IMG/VR virus record: IMGVR_UViG_3300022181_000143
Span: 1 to 50,237 of that record
DNA: 50,237 nucleotides
Source of the DNA: a virus
Taxonomy: Duplodnaviria; Caudoviricetes
Direction: 5' to 3' (one strand)
The position numbers and the translations under genes were made by a program. The notes under the pieces were generated by a model. The model ran no database searches. It saw only the letters and a program-made list of their open reading frames with translations, and was not told where the DNA came from. Below, one piece after another: positions 35,996-45,501 of this stretch (its first letter is position 1; each line of letters starts with the position of its first letter).

Positions 35996-36331
35996 ATGAG
36001 CCTTGGAAAGATGAAAACCTCCATCGAGATTGTTCAAAGCACCTATGTGAAAGATATAGAAGGCTTTGTTAAGCAGGTAGATCAGATCATAGCTACAATT
36101 AAAGCATATCGCGAAGGAAGACACGGTAGTGAAAAGTGGGCGAATCGAGCGACCTTCAGTGAAGCCACCGAACTCTTTCGTTTCCGCAGCATCCCCGGCA
36201 TAAAGATTACCACAGAGATGACCATTCTCTGTGATCAAGAACGATATGAAATCATTTCTGCAGAAAATGTGCGTGGTCGAGGGATGTATTGGGAAGTACT
36301 CGCAAAAAAGGTGGTGCCTTCCAGTGGCTAG
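35996..36331 (+). CDS. Head closure/head-tail adaptor
   Basis: Synteny; FRFR, RYEIIS. Confidence 0.8.
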   Translation: MSLGKMKTSIEIVQSTYVKDIEGFVKQVDQIIATIKAYREGRHGSEKWANRATFSEATELFRFRSIPGIKITTEMTILCDQERYEIISAENVRGRGMYWEVLAKKVVPSSG

Positions 36332-36755
36332 AGTCGATTTCAAATTACCGGAAGAGTTCTTGAAGCGCCTTTCCCGGTTAGGAAGTAAAACGGATAGCAT
36401 CCTCCCCAACGTTCTAGCTGCCGGAGCAGAAGTCGTCGAGAGAAAAGTTCGCAGTAATTTGCAAGGGGTCCTAGGAAATCAAACCAAAACGGAATCGCGT
36501 TCTACCGGTGAGCTCTTGGAGTCCTTGGGTACAACTCCGGCAAGAATCGATCGGGATGGCAACTACAACGTGAAGATTGGATTTTCAGAGCCTCGCAAAG
36601 ATGGTACGAGTAATGCCAAGATTGCCAACATCTTAGAGTATGGCAGGAGCAATCAACCCGCTAAGCCTTTTCTGAAGCCAGCCAAAACGAACAGCAAGCA
36701 AGAATGTCTGGCAGCGATGCAGCAGCAATTCAGTAAGGAGTTGGAGCAGATATGA
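36324..36755 (+). CDS. HK97 gp10-family protein
   Basis: TGEL..SL, LEYGRSNQPAKPFLKPA. Confidence 0.88.
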   Translation: MARVDFKLPEEFLKRLSRLGSKTDSILPNVLAAGAEVVERKVRSNLQGVLGNQTKTESRSTGELLESLGTTPARIDRDGNYNVKIGFSEPRKDGTSNAKIANILEYGRSNQPAKPFLKPAKTNSKQECLAAMQQQFSKELEQI

Positions 36756-37090
36756 GTTTATTGGAAACACTCCACACCCTGCTATCCCCGTTGTTACCCA
36801 TCGAAACAGGAACTTTTTCTGAAACCCCTCCAGCTCGTTATCTGGTTCTGACTCCTTTAGTTGAAAGCTTTCACCTTTATGCGGACAACTATCCGCAACA
36901 CGAAATCCAAGAAGTGCGGTTATCCCTCTTCGATAAGGGGAACTATAACACTATCAAAAATCAGATCATCCAAACTCTGCTTCAAGCAGAAATCACCATC
37001 ACCGACAGACGCTACCTTGGTTACGAGGCAGATACAGGTTATCATCACTTCGTCATCGATGTAGCAAAAGACTATCCATGGGAGGTATAA
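36752..37090 (+). CDS. Putative tail completion protein
   Basis: Synteny before the major tail gene; YEADTGYHH. Confidence 0.7.
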   Translation: MSLLETLHTLLSPLLPIETGTFSETPPARYLVLTPLVESFHLYADNYPQHEIQEVRLSLFDKGNYNTIKNQIIQTLLQAEITITDRRYLGYEADTGYHHFVIDVAKDYPWEV

Positions 37091-37093
37091 CAA

Positions 37094-37972
37094 ATGGCCA
37101 CAATCGGCTTAGATCAACTTTTCTATGCCAAGATCACCGAAGATATAAACGGCAATGAAACCTATGCAACCCCAATCACCTTGGCAAAAGCCTTGACTGC
37201 AAATTTACAAATTAACACCATTGAAGGAAAACTTTATGCAGACGATGTCCTAGACACCCTCTTGAGAGAGTTTAGTGATGGCACGATCACATTTGGCATT
37301 AAAGACATCGGCCCAAGCATCGCTGCAGACTTAACTGGAGCCGTTTTGGATTCCAATGGTGTCTTGGTTTCCACGAATGATCAGCAAGCGAAGCCAGTAG
37401 CAATTGGTTTTCGCTCCAAGAAAACCAGCGGCAAGTATCTCTATCTTTGGCTCTACCGGGTCTTGTTTGGAATCCCCGCTGAATCGTACGAAACTAAGGG
37501 CAATGCCATAAACTTCCAAACACCCACGATTGAGGGGGCCATTTTACGACGCAATAAGCTGGATGGTTTAAATAAGCACCCTTGGCGAGCCCAAGCTGAT
37601 CAAGATAATCCAGCGATTCCAAGTCTTGTTTTCAGTCAATGGTTTGCATCTGTATATGAGCCGGACTATACCACAGCACCTGTCATCCAAATCACGAACC
37701 AACCTGTAGCATTGACGGAGCTCATCGAAGGTTCTATCAGTGGAAGCCTGTCTGTAACTGCTACCAGTACTGCTGGAGCCTTGACCTATCAATGGCATGT
37801 GAATACCGCTAACAGCAATTCGGGAGGAAGTGCGATCCCATCAGCAAACCAAGCGAGCTTTCCGATTCCAACCAGTCTAATTGCAGGCAACTATTTCTAC
37901 TATTGTGTGTTAACCGCCGGGGTTCGACAAGTAACTTCCAATGTGGCTCAAGTGACTGTGACGGGTGATTAA
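37094..37972 (+). CDS. Major tail protein with C-terminal Ig-like domain
   Basis: ATIGL, LYADD, VAIGF; C-terminal PVIQITNQP...LTYQW...YYCV. Confidence 0.88.
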   Translation: MATIGLDQLFYAKITEDINGNETYATPITLAKALTANLQINTIEGKLYADDVLDTLLREFSDGTITFGIKDIGPSIAADLTGAVLDSNGVLVSTNDQQAKPVAIGFRSKKTSGKYLYLWLYRVLFGIPAESYETKGNAINFQTPTIEGAILRRNKLDGLNKHPWRAQADQDNPAIPSLVFSQWFASVYEPDYTTAPVIQITNQPVALTELIEGSISGSLSVTATSTAGALTYQWHVNTANSNSGGSAIPSANQASFPIPTSLIAGNYFYYCVLTAGVRQVTSNVAQVTVTGD

Positions 37973-37973
37973 G

Positions 37974-38348
37974 ATGATGGATGATTCAAGAGTCACCTAT
38001 CTCGTTTTAGGGAAAGAAAGAATCCCCCTGTTATTGACCTTAAAAGCCACGAGGGAGATTGCTACACGCTATGGAGGCTTGGAAGAGCTGGGAAACAAGA
38101 TGTTGGAAAGCATGGATTGGGCTGGCATGATCGATGAGATTGTCTGGCTGATTGCTATCCTGGCTAATCAATGCATCCTCATTGAGAACTTGGAGAACAA
38201 AGCCAACAAACCGTTGATAACCCCAGGCGAACTGGAACTAAAGATGGACCCATATGAAATCACCAGTTACCGGGAAGCGATTTTAGCTGCATTACAAGCG
38301 GGTCAAAAGCAGCACGTGCAAAGTGAAGATGAATCAAAAAACGTGTAA
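37974..38348 (+). CDS. Tail assembly chaperone (gpG-like)
   Basis: Between the major tail and tape measure genes; ends at slippery A AAA AAC. Confidence 0.8.
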   Translation: MMDDSRVTYLVLGKERIPLLLTLKATREIATRYGGLEELGNKMLESMDWAGMIDEIVWLIAILANQCILIENLENKANKPLITPGELELKMDPYEITSYREAILAALQAGQKQHVQSEDESKNV

Positions 38349-38545
38349 GCCGAGTAAGCGATCAAGAATCGTTTGCTCGGCTCATCTTTTGTGGGGTAAC
38401 TCAATTGCTACGTCCGGAACAGGGAGTATGGCTTATGCCCTTAGGACATTTACTGGATCAGCGTGAGATTTTTGAGCAGCTCCAGGGGTGGAAGAAACCA
38501 AAACAGGAACTCTATATCGATAGTATCTTACATGACGTGTTGTAA
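38336..38545 (+). CDS. -1 frameshift extension of the tail chaperone (gpT-like)
   Basis: Heptamer A AAA AAC at 38336-38342; -1 frame open for 67 codons (RVSRVSDQESFARLIF...VWLMPLGHLLD...) to TAA 38545. Confidence 0.8.
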   Translation, partial: KKRVSRVSDQESFARLIFCGVTQLLRPEQGVWLMPLGHLLDQREIFEQLQGWKKPKQELYIDSILHDVL

Positions 38546-38557
38546 GGAGGTGAAGGG

Positions 38558-40438
38558 ATGAGTGATCAATTCGGGCTAAAAATCGGTATTGAAGGCGAGA
38601 AAGAATTTAAGTCTGCTCTGCGGGAAATCGATGCCAATTTCAAAGTCCTCAGTTCTGAAATGAAATTGACCCAATCTCAGTTTGAGAAAAACGATCAGTC
38701 CATGGCTGCGCTTACCGCCAGAAACCAAGTCCTCAATAAAGAGATCGATGCCCAAAAGGAACGATTGAAGCTACTTAAAGATGCACTACAAAACTCAGCA
38801 ACCTCCTTTGGCGAAAACGATATCCGCACCCAGAACTGGACCATTAAGCTGAACAATGCGCAAGCTGTGCTGAATGGCATGGAACGAGAAGTCAAACAAA
38901 ACGAATCTACCTTAAATGAACTAGGAAACCAAACCTCGGAAACGAGCAGCCTCATGAATCGCTTTAAGTCCTCCCTCGCATCGGTTGCAGAAGCAGCTTC
39001 AGATAGTGACTCGAAATGGAACAAGTTAGGTGGAACCTTGAAGGCTGTAAGTGCAACCCTCGCTGCAACTTCAACAGCGATAACCACAGTAGCGGTGGCT
39101 GCCGGGAAAGCCATCTTCGACATGGCCATGGAAACCACTCAAGCCGGAGATGAAGTCGATAAGATGAGCCAGCGCTTAGGCTTATCCCGCGAGGGTTACC
39201 AAAAATGGAATTATGCCATGAAGCAATCTGGAATTGACATCAATTCCACGCGAGCCGGAATGAAGAATCTCACAAATCTCCTGGATGACGCTTCCAAAGG
39301 TAGTAAAACCGCTACGGAGATGTTTACCAGATTGGGTTACTCTCTTAACGATATTCAGGGGAAAAGCCAAGAAGAAATTTTTGAAATGTCAATTCGGGCT
39401 TTGCAGAATATGAGCAGTGAAACCGAACGGGCAGCTTTAGCCAATGACCTGTTTGGTAGAAGCGGCCAAGAAATGCTGCCATTGTTAAATACAACTGCTG
39501 AAGCAACCCAACAACTGCTCGATCGAGCCAGTCGTTTAGGTTTTGTGATGAGCGATGAAGCGGTTAGTGCCGCTGTGGTCTTTGGAGATTCCTTGGATGA
39601 TTTGAAGTCTGCTTTTGCAGGAGTCAAGAACAGCATTATGGGAGACCTGCTGCCTGGGTTCAATTTGGTGGTCGAAGGCTTAATTGGTTTATTGACCGGT
39701 GGCGAGAACGCCAGAGAAAAAATCAAGACAGGGGTAGCTGAAACGATTGATTCCGTACGAGAAGTTCTCCCACAAATCAAAGAGGTGCTCTTAACGATTA
39801 TCGATGTTGCTGCTGAAGTCATACCAGAGATTGTTCAAGCCATTGTAAGTTTCATCGTTGAGAATTTACCAGAGATCCTAAAAACAGGAACTGAGATTCT
39901 ATTGAAGCTGATAGGCGGTATTTTACAGGCGATCCCAGAGATTACAAAGCAACTACCTGCCGTAGTGACAGCCATTGTGGAAGCCATGAAAGCGGCAGCT
40001 CCCGAGTTTAAGGAAATTGGCAAAGAAATCGTGAGAGGGATTTGGCAAGGTATTTTAGGATTAGGGGCTTGGCTGAAAGAAAAGATGAACGATTTCTTTA
40101 CGGGGATTGTTGGTGGTATTAAAGGTCTCCTAGGTATCCGCTCTCCGTCCAAAGTCTTTGCCGGAATCGGTGAAAACATGGCATCCGGTTTAGGCGTAGG
40201 GTTTAGTGAACAGATGAAGCAAGTCAAGAAGCAATTGCAAAATGCCATCCCACAAAGCAACAGAGACTTGAATTGGAATACTACTCAATCGGAAAGAACA
40301 GATACTCTCAGTGAACCCATGATTATGGTCAATGTACCCTTAACCTTAGATGGAAAACTCCTGACCAGCAGCACCGGCAAAGTGCAGTTTGGTCGCAATC
40401 AATCCTATGCTAGGGCTTTGGGGGTGTTACCAGTATGA
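38558..40438 (+). CDS. Tape measure protein (626 aa)
   Basis: Coiled-coil N-terminus, amphipathic repeats, LGIRSPSKVF. Confidence 0.9.
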   Translation: MSDQFGLKIGIEGEKEFKSALREIDANFKVLSSEMKLTQSQFEKNDQSMAALTARNQVLNKEIDAQKERLKLLKDALQNSATSFGENDIRTQNWTIKLNNAQAVLNGMEREVKQNESTLNELGNQTSETSSLMNRFKSSLASVAEAASDSDSKWNKLGGTLKAVSATLAATSTAITTVAVAAGKAIFDMAMETTQAGDEVDKMSQRLGLSREGYQKWNYAMKQSGIDINSTRAGMKNLTNLLDDASKGSKTATEMFTRLGYSLNDIQGKSQEEIFEMSIRALQNMSSETERAALANDLFGRSGQEMLPLLNTTAEATQQLLDRASRLGFVMSDEAVSAAVVFGDSLDDLKSAFAGVKNSIMGDLLPGFNLVVEGLIGLLTGGENAREKIKTGVAETIDSVREVLPQIKEVLLTIIDVAAEVIPEIVQAIVSFIVENLPEILKTGTEILLKLIGGILQAIPEITKQLPAVVTAIVEAMKAAAPEFKEIGKEIVRGIWQGILGLGAWLKEKMNDFFTGIVGGIKGLLGIRSPSKVFAGIGENMASGLGVGFSEQMKQVKKQLQNAIPQSNRDLNWNTTQSERTDTLSEPMIMVNVPLTLDGKLLTSSTGKVQFGRNQSYARALGVLPV

Positions 40439-42039
40439 GTAAACTGATTTTTTGTGATGCTTCTCTTACACCATTAGCCACCTTACGAGCAGCGATTTCA
40501 GCCAAGCGCACAGAGCGGTTGAATGGAGAAAACACCCTAGATTTTGTTTGTCCAGCAAGAGATTCTGCCGTTGAAATTCTAAACGAAAACACAGTAGTCT
40601 CTTTAGATGGAGATTACTTCGATGTCGTTTTCTTACGTCGGGAGCAGTTGAACAATGGTTGGATGCAAATCTCAGCGGAATGTGAACAGGTGAGTTATCG
40701 ACTAAACAATCCTGAATTCAACTTACAATATTTTACCATGTCAAATACGCCACAAGCCATTCTGACAGCACTCTTAACCGGAACAGGATTCTCAGTTGGA
40801 TCGGTAGAGTTTAGCACTGTGGTTACTTTCTCCCTACAAGAAGCCAGTTCCAGAAGAGCTGCTTTGAGATTGTTTGCCGAATATTTGCAAGCCGAACTGG
40901 TTTTTCAAGGGTTTCAAATCAACCTTGTTAAACAGCGAGGTTCAACAACTCCCAAAACTCTCAGAGTCGGTAAAGACATCACCGTCATTTCTCAAAGCAT
41001 CGACAAACGTCAGAGAGATGATTTAGGAAATCCGCTTGTTTCCATCGATTGTGGCGTGTATCAAGGATCAAGCTTGTCCTTAGGGGATGCTGTGGATTTA
41101 GATTATCCTGCTTTGAAGATTCAATCCATTTTGCGAGTTGTTAGTCTGAGTTATGATCCTTACAATCCTGCCAATCTCTCCATAGAAGTGGGAAACTTGG
41201 CAGCAAGATTAGAGAACGACCTTTATCGGATTGAGACCCAGACCGTCACCAAGGAAAAAGTATATAACGGAACCCGCATTGGCCCTTCAGAAGGATTTGT
41301 CGTAGAACGCAGCGATGGCAAAGCTCGTACCGTGATGAATGCGACAGAGGGTATCAGTATCTACAGCGACGACGGGCCGGGATTAGAACGCCAGTTCTAT
41401 GTCGATACCAATGGCCGTATCATTGCCAAAGCCTTAGATATCGCGGGAGACTCCACCTTCGGTGGAACGGTTAAAGCAAGTCAGCTCCTGATTGGTGGCA
41501 CCAATGGCAACATTTCCTTTAACCAATTAACCGACACACCGATCTATCCGGATGATGCCTACATTACTCAAATCACCCGTAACACGATCACTACTGGATA
41601 TGTCAATGCCCTTCAGGTCACAGCGGGTTCGGTTGCAGCAGAGAACCTTACAGGCAGCACCATAACGGGTAAACTAATCAATGGGGGAATCGTCACTGGA
41701 GCGTTAGTGCGCACTTCATCCAGCGGTGAGCGAATTGAAGTGGACAGCTATAATCGCATCCAATTCTATGATACAACCGGAATCGTGGTTGGCACGATAC
41801 GATTGGAGAATGGCTACTTGAAGTTCTATACCAACAATGGTCAAAAGATTAAAATTGAGTCGACGGGCGCGAATATGTCCATCGGTGCTTATGGTACCGG
41901 TTTTAAGGTCTATATCGACAGCACCATGGATTTAGGTGGGAACAGCATCCTCAATGTCGGCAATATGCTGAACGCCACTCAAGTGAATACCGCCATCGCC
42001 AATGCCATTGCTGCTCATGTCAGCCAGTATCATTCTTAG
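40435..42039 (+). CDS. Tail tip/baseplate hub (Tal-like) protein
   Basis: Follows the tape measure gene; ERLNGENTLDF, LSLGDAVDL, YDPYNP; beta-rich C-terminus. Confidence 0.75.
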   Translation: MSKLIFCDASLTPLATLRAAISAKRTERLNGENTLDFVCPARDSAVEILNENTVVSLDGDYFDVVFLRREQLNNGWMQISAECEQVSYRLNNPEFNLQYFTMSNTPQAILTALLTGTGFSVGSVEFSTVVTFSLQEASSRRAALRLFAEYLQAELVFQGFQINLVKQRGSTTPKTLRVGKDITVISQSIDKRQRDDLGNPLVSIDCGVYQGSSLSLGDAVDLDYPALKIQSILRVVSLSYDPYNPANLSIEVGNLAARLENDLYRIETQTVTKEKVYNGTRIGPSEGFVVERSDGKARTVMNATEGISIYSDDGPGLERQFYVDTNGRIIAKALDIAGDSTFGGTVKASQLLIGGTNGNISFNQLTDTPIYPDDAYITQITRNTITTGYVNALQVTAGSVAAENLTGSTITGKLINGGIVTGALVRTSSSGERIEVDSYNRIQFYDTTGIVVGTIRLENGYLKFYTNNGQKIKIESTGANMSIGAYGTGFKVYIDSTMDLGGNSILNVGNMLNATQVNTAIANAIAAHVSQYHS

Positions 42040-42056
42040 TGTAAGGGGGATATTCC

Positions 42057-42401
42057 ATGATCATTCATTATTATAACATCTCCCTGACACGCGGAGATAC
42101 GGCTTCCTTGATTGTTAAAATGAGAGACCCGGATGGTAATCAAATCCCCTTTCAACTTGGGGATGTTGTTTATTTTACCGTTAAGAAATCCACCGATACG
42201 ATTGAGAAAGTCTTACAGAAAGTAATAACAGAATTTGTGGATGGGAATGCTGAAATCTATCTTCTCCATGACGATACCAAGGGTTTAGCAACCGGGGATT
42301 ATGTCTATGATATTCAAGTCAATCGAGGTGTGGATCAATCGGTGACAACCATCATCCCTCCCAGTCGCTTTAGCTTGAGCAAAGAGGTGACCTATGAGTG
42401 A
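42057..42401 (+). CDS. BppU-N-like baseplate/fibre adaptor
   Basis: ISLTRGDT, FTVKK, DTKGL..GDYVYDIQV. Confidence 0.6.
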   Translation: MIIHYYNISLTRGDTASLIVKMRDPDGNQIPFQLGDVVYFTVKKSTDTIEKVLQKVITEFVDGNAEIYLLHDDTKGLATGDYVYDIQVNRGVDQSVTTIIPPSRFSLSKEVTYE

Positions 42402-42792
42402 GGTAAACATTATCGGAATTATTGAGTCCAAGACATTGGAAATCCAAGTAGAAGTACAAGGAACAGGTCCTAGGGGGCCACAAGGTCCACCGGGTGAAAC
42501 CTATATTCATCCAGATACCCATCCTGCTGCTATGATCATGGAATCCGAAGAGCGCGTCTTCTTGAGCAATCAAGAAAAGACTGCGCTCTTAAATTTTACT
42601 GAGTCCTATGTGCATGATCAGTTATCCTCTAGTGCAGTTTGGATTGTTATGCACAATTTAAATAAATACCCCAACGTAACCATCTTAGATTCAGCAGGTA
42701 CGCTGGTCATCGGTGAGATTGAGTATATCAGTAAGAACAGCCTGATTCTCCGCTTTGCTGCAGAGTTTTCTGGCAAAGCTTACTTAAGCTAA
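42394..42792 (+). CDS. Tail fibre accessory protein with short collagen-like motif
   Basis: GPRGPQGPPGE; C-terminal W...HNLNKYPNVT beta domain. Confidence 0.6.
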   Translation: MSEVNIIGIIESKTLEIQVEVQGTGPRGPQGPPGETYIHPDTHPAAMIMESEERVFLSNQEKTALLNFTESYVHDQLSSSAVWIVMHNLNKYPNVTILDSAGTLVIGEIEYISKNSLILRFAAEFSGKAYLS

Positions 42793-42810
42793 AAGGGAGT
42801 GTGTGAACCC

Positions 42811-45024
42811 ATGAGATATGAAACCAATATTGATCTCAATAAAAACGAACTACAGAATGCTGCTCTGCAGAAATTGACCGCTGCACCGGCAACTCCGGTC
42901 AAGGGGCAGATGTATTTTAATACCACAGATAATCGTGCTTATGCTTACAATGGCACAGCTTGGGTGGCAATGGATGCGGTAGATGCGCCTAGCGAGACAC
43001 CAACAACTTTAGGAACGATCATCAATGGAGCAGATGCCAAGACTACCCCAGTGGATGCGGATCTGATTCCCTTAGTGGATAGTGCAGCTTCCAATCTACT
43101 CAAAAAGCTTTCCTGGGCCAACCTAAAGGCTACAGCGAAAGCTTACTTTGATACTCTCTATGCTGCCATAACTCATAACCATGATGCTTCTGCCATCAAT
43201 GCAGGGACTTTACCCGTAGCTAGAGGCGGAACCGGAGTTACCAGTGTAGGCGCATTAATGGCCAGCTTGGGGATTATCGAGGGAATTTGCTCTACATCCT
43301 ATGGAACCAATCCAAAAGTGGTTTCTTTCGCAGTGAACCCCATTACCTTAAACTCAGGTTCAGTTTTTGCTGTAAAATTCGAAGCGGGTGGTATTCCGGG
43401 TGGATCGGCATTACGAATCAACTCCATGGACTATCCCATTCTCACTTCCTCCAATGGGTATACTTCGATTGCGAATGGGGAAGCACCCAGTCCTGGAACT
43501 TATCTTTTTGCCTATATCCCAACCCCCACTGCTCACGTTGCCTTACTGAATCCGTTTCCCACTCTTGCAGAAACCAAGTCGGTGGGTAATAACACCAGCG
43601 CAATTGCAACTACCTCATTTGTTAATGCGGAGATTGCCAACGATGCAGCTCCCATTGCTCACGTAGGCGCAACCGGAACCGCTCATGGTGTGGCTACAGG
43701 ATCAGTGAATGGTTTCATGGCTTCTGCCGATAAAACCAAGCTAGATGGAATAGCCACCAGCGCAAACAATTATATCCATCCAAACCATTCCGGTGATGTA
43801 ACATCTACAGGAGATGGAGCAACTGCCATTTCAGAAAATGCCGTCAGTAATGCTAAATTAGCCGATATGGCGGTGAACACCCTAAAGGGTAGAAGCACGA
43901 CCGGCACAGGCGATCCTGAGGACCTTACGGCGGCAAATGTCCGCACTATCCTCAACGTGGCCGATGGAGCGAACAACTATAGCCATCCCAACCACACCGG
44001 TGACGTAACTTCTACCGGTGACGGTGCTACGTTGATTGCCGCGAAATCCGTGACGCTTGCCAAGATGGCAGATATGGCTACAGCCAGTATTTTAGGCCGT
44101 AAAACTGCAGCGACTGGGGTTCCTGAAGTCTTATCCAAAGCAGATGTCTTGACCCTGTTAAACGTTGCCGATGGAGCTCAAGTAAACACAGTAACCAGTG
44201 TTGCCGGGAAAACCGGAGCAGTCACGCTGGTCAAAGGGGATGTCGGCTTAGGCAATGTAACCAACGACGCTCAAGTGAAAAAGCTCGCGTCTTCGACCAG
44301 CGGCAATATTCCGACTTGGAATGGAACGACAGGAGATGCATTAGCTGCAGGATATTCTGTGGAGACCACACTCAGCGGAGCAAGCACAGCCATTCCCAGA
44401 GCAGATGCAGTAAAAACCTATGTTGACGGTCTTTTGAGTGCTTCGGATGCTATGGTGTTCAAAGGAACCGTAGGTACGGGTGGAACCTACGAAATCGCAG
44501 CCTTTAACTCCCTAGTCGTCTATAATGCCGGTTGGAGTTTTAAAGTTACAAATAATGGAACCATTAAGGGCAAAGTTTGTGAGATTGGAGATTTACTCAT
44601 CGCCACAGTAGACCGAGCTAGTGGTGGGGTTGATACGGACTGGATTGTGGTTCAAACCAATCTCGATGGGGCAGTCATCGGACCAGCCTCCTCGACTTCT
44701 GGAAACATCCCTCTGTTTAACGGTACATCTGGAAAACTGCTTCAAAACAGCTCCTATAGTCCTGCTTCCTTTGCAACAGCCACACATGATCATATTGGTT
44801 CTTATACCCGTAAATATAGTTTGGCATTTGGGAATGGGAGTATGAGCACGTACGTTCTGACCCATAACTTAAACACGCGGGATTTAACTGTCACCTTACG
44901 CGAGACAGCTTCTCCCTATGCTGTTGTCATGTGTGATATGGAATTTGATACCGTAAACTCGATTACGCTAAAGTTTGCTACACCTCCTTCAACGAACCAA
45001 TATACAATTACGGTTGTTGGTTAG
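42811..45024 (+). CDS. Tail fibre protein
   Basis: Ala/Gly/Thr-rich; GTLPVARGGTG, DKTKLDGI, VTSVAGKTGAV, DVGLGNVTN; internal 69-aa repeat. Confidence 0.8.
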   Translation: MRYETNIDLNKNELQNAALQKLTAAPATPVKGQMYFNTTDNRAYAYNGTAWVAMDAVDAPSETPTTLGTIINGADAKTTPVDADLIPLVDSAASNLLKKLSWANLKATAKAYFDTLYAAITHNHDASAINAGTLPVARGGTGVTSVGALMASLGIIEGICSTSYGTNPKVVSFAVNPITLNSGSVFAVKFEAGGIPGGSALRINSMDYPILTSSNGYTSIANGEAPSPGTYLFAYIPTPTAHVALLNPFPTLAETKSVGNNTSAIATTSFVNAEIANDAAPIAHVGATGTAHGVATGSVNGFMASADKTKLDGIATSANNYIHPNHSGDVTSTGDGATAISENAVSNAKLADMAVNTLKGRSTTGTGDPEDLTAANVRTILNVADGANNYSHPNHTGDVTSTGDGATLIAAKSVTLAKMADMATASILGRKTAATGVPEVLSKADVLTLLNVADGAQVNTVTSVAGKTGAVTLVKGDVGLGNVTNDAQVKKLASSTSGNIPTWNGTTGDALAAGYSVETTLSGASTAIPRADAVKTYVDGLLSASDAMVFKGTVGTGGTYEIAAFNSLVVYNAGWSFKVTNNGTIKGKVCEIGDLLIATVDRASGGVDTDWIVVQTNLDGAVIGPASSTSGNIPLFNGTSGKLLQNSSYSPASFATATHDHIGSYTRKYSLAFGNGSMSTYVLTHNLNTRDLTVTLRETASPYAVVMCDMEFDTVNSITLKFATPPSTNQYTITVVG

Positions 45025-45034
45025 GAGGGATGAC

Positions 45035-45487
45035 ATGCCAAAAGATCTATCTCCTGGAATGATTAGTAAAAGATTGACCGCTGAACAAATGCTTACTTTG
45101 TCAGCGGTCAATGAAAAAATCAACATTGATTCCTCGGCCTTTTCATCCAACATCGTAATCCCCTGTGATACGGGAGCAGGAACGGTCTATTACAAAACAG
45201 CAGCCGCGAATGCTCATTTCGATATCTCCCCTAATATGGTGTATGGACCTATCGATGATCTATTAGCGATCGGTGAAATCAAGACGATTACCGCTATCAT
45301 TACTCTAGGTGCCTCTCCCTATAACTTTGCTGCTTTTCGAATCAATGGAGTGTCTCAAACGGTGAAATGGGCAGGCGGTTCGGCTCCAACCCTAGCCCAA
45401 AACGCATTGAACATTTTTACTTTCTCGATTATCAAGACAGCGGCGTCTACTTACACAGTGCTTGGTACGATGACAAAATTTGCTTAA
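45035..45487 (+). CDS. Tail-associated hypothetical protein
   Basis: VKWAGGSAPTL...NIFTFSI, typical of fibre-associated domains; RBS AGGAGG. Confidence 0.6.
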   Translation: MPKDLSPGMISKRLTAEQMLTLSAVNEKINIDSSAFSSNIVIPCDTGAGTVYYKTAAANAHFDISPNMVYGPIDDLLAIGEIKTITAIITLGASPYNFAAFRINGVSQTVKWAGGSAPTLAQNALNIFTFSIIKTAASTYTVLGTMTKFA

Positions 45488-45501
45488 AAAGGAGTGAGCA
45501 C

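Noticed and set aside
38695-40260. Several 140-155-aa antisense ORFs inside the tape measure gene (and similar ones inside other long genes)
   Set aside because: Shadow ORFs produced by sense-strand codon bias; no RBS or motifs
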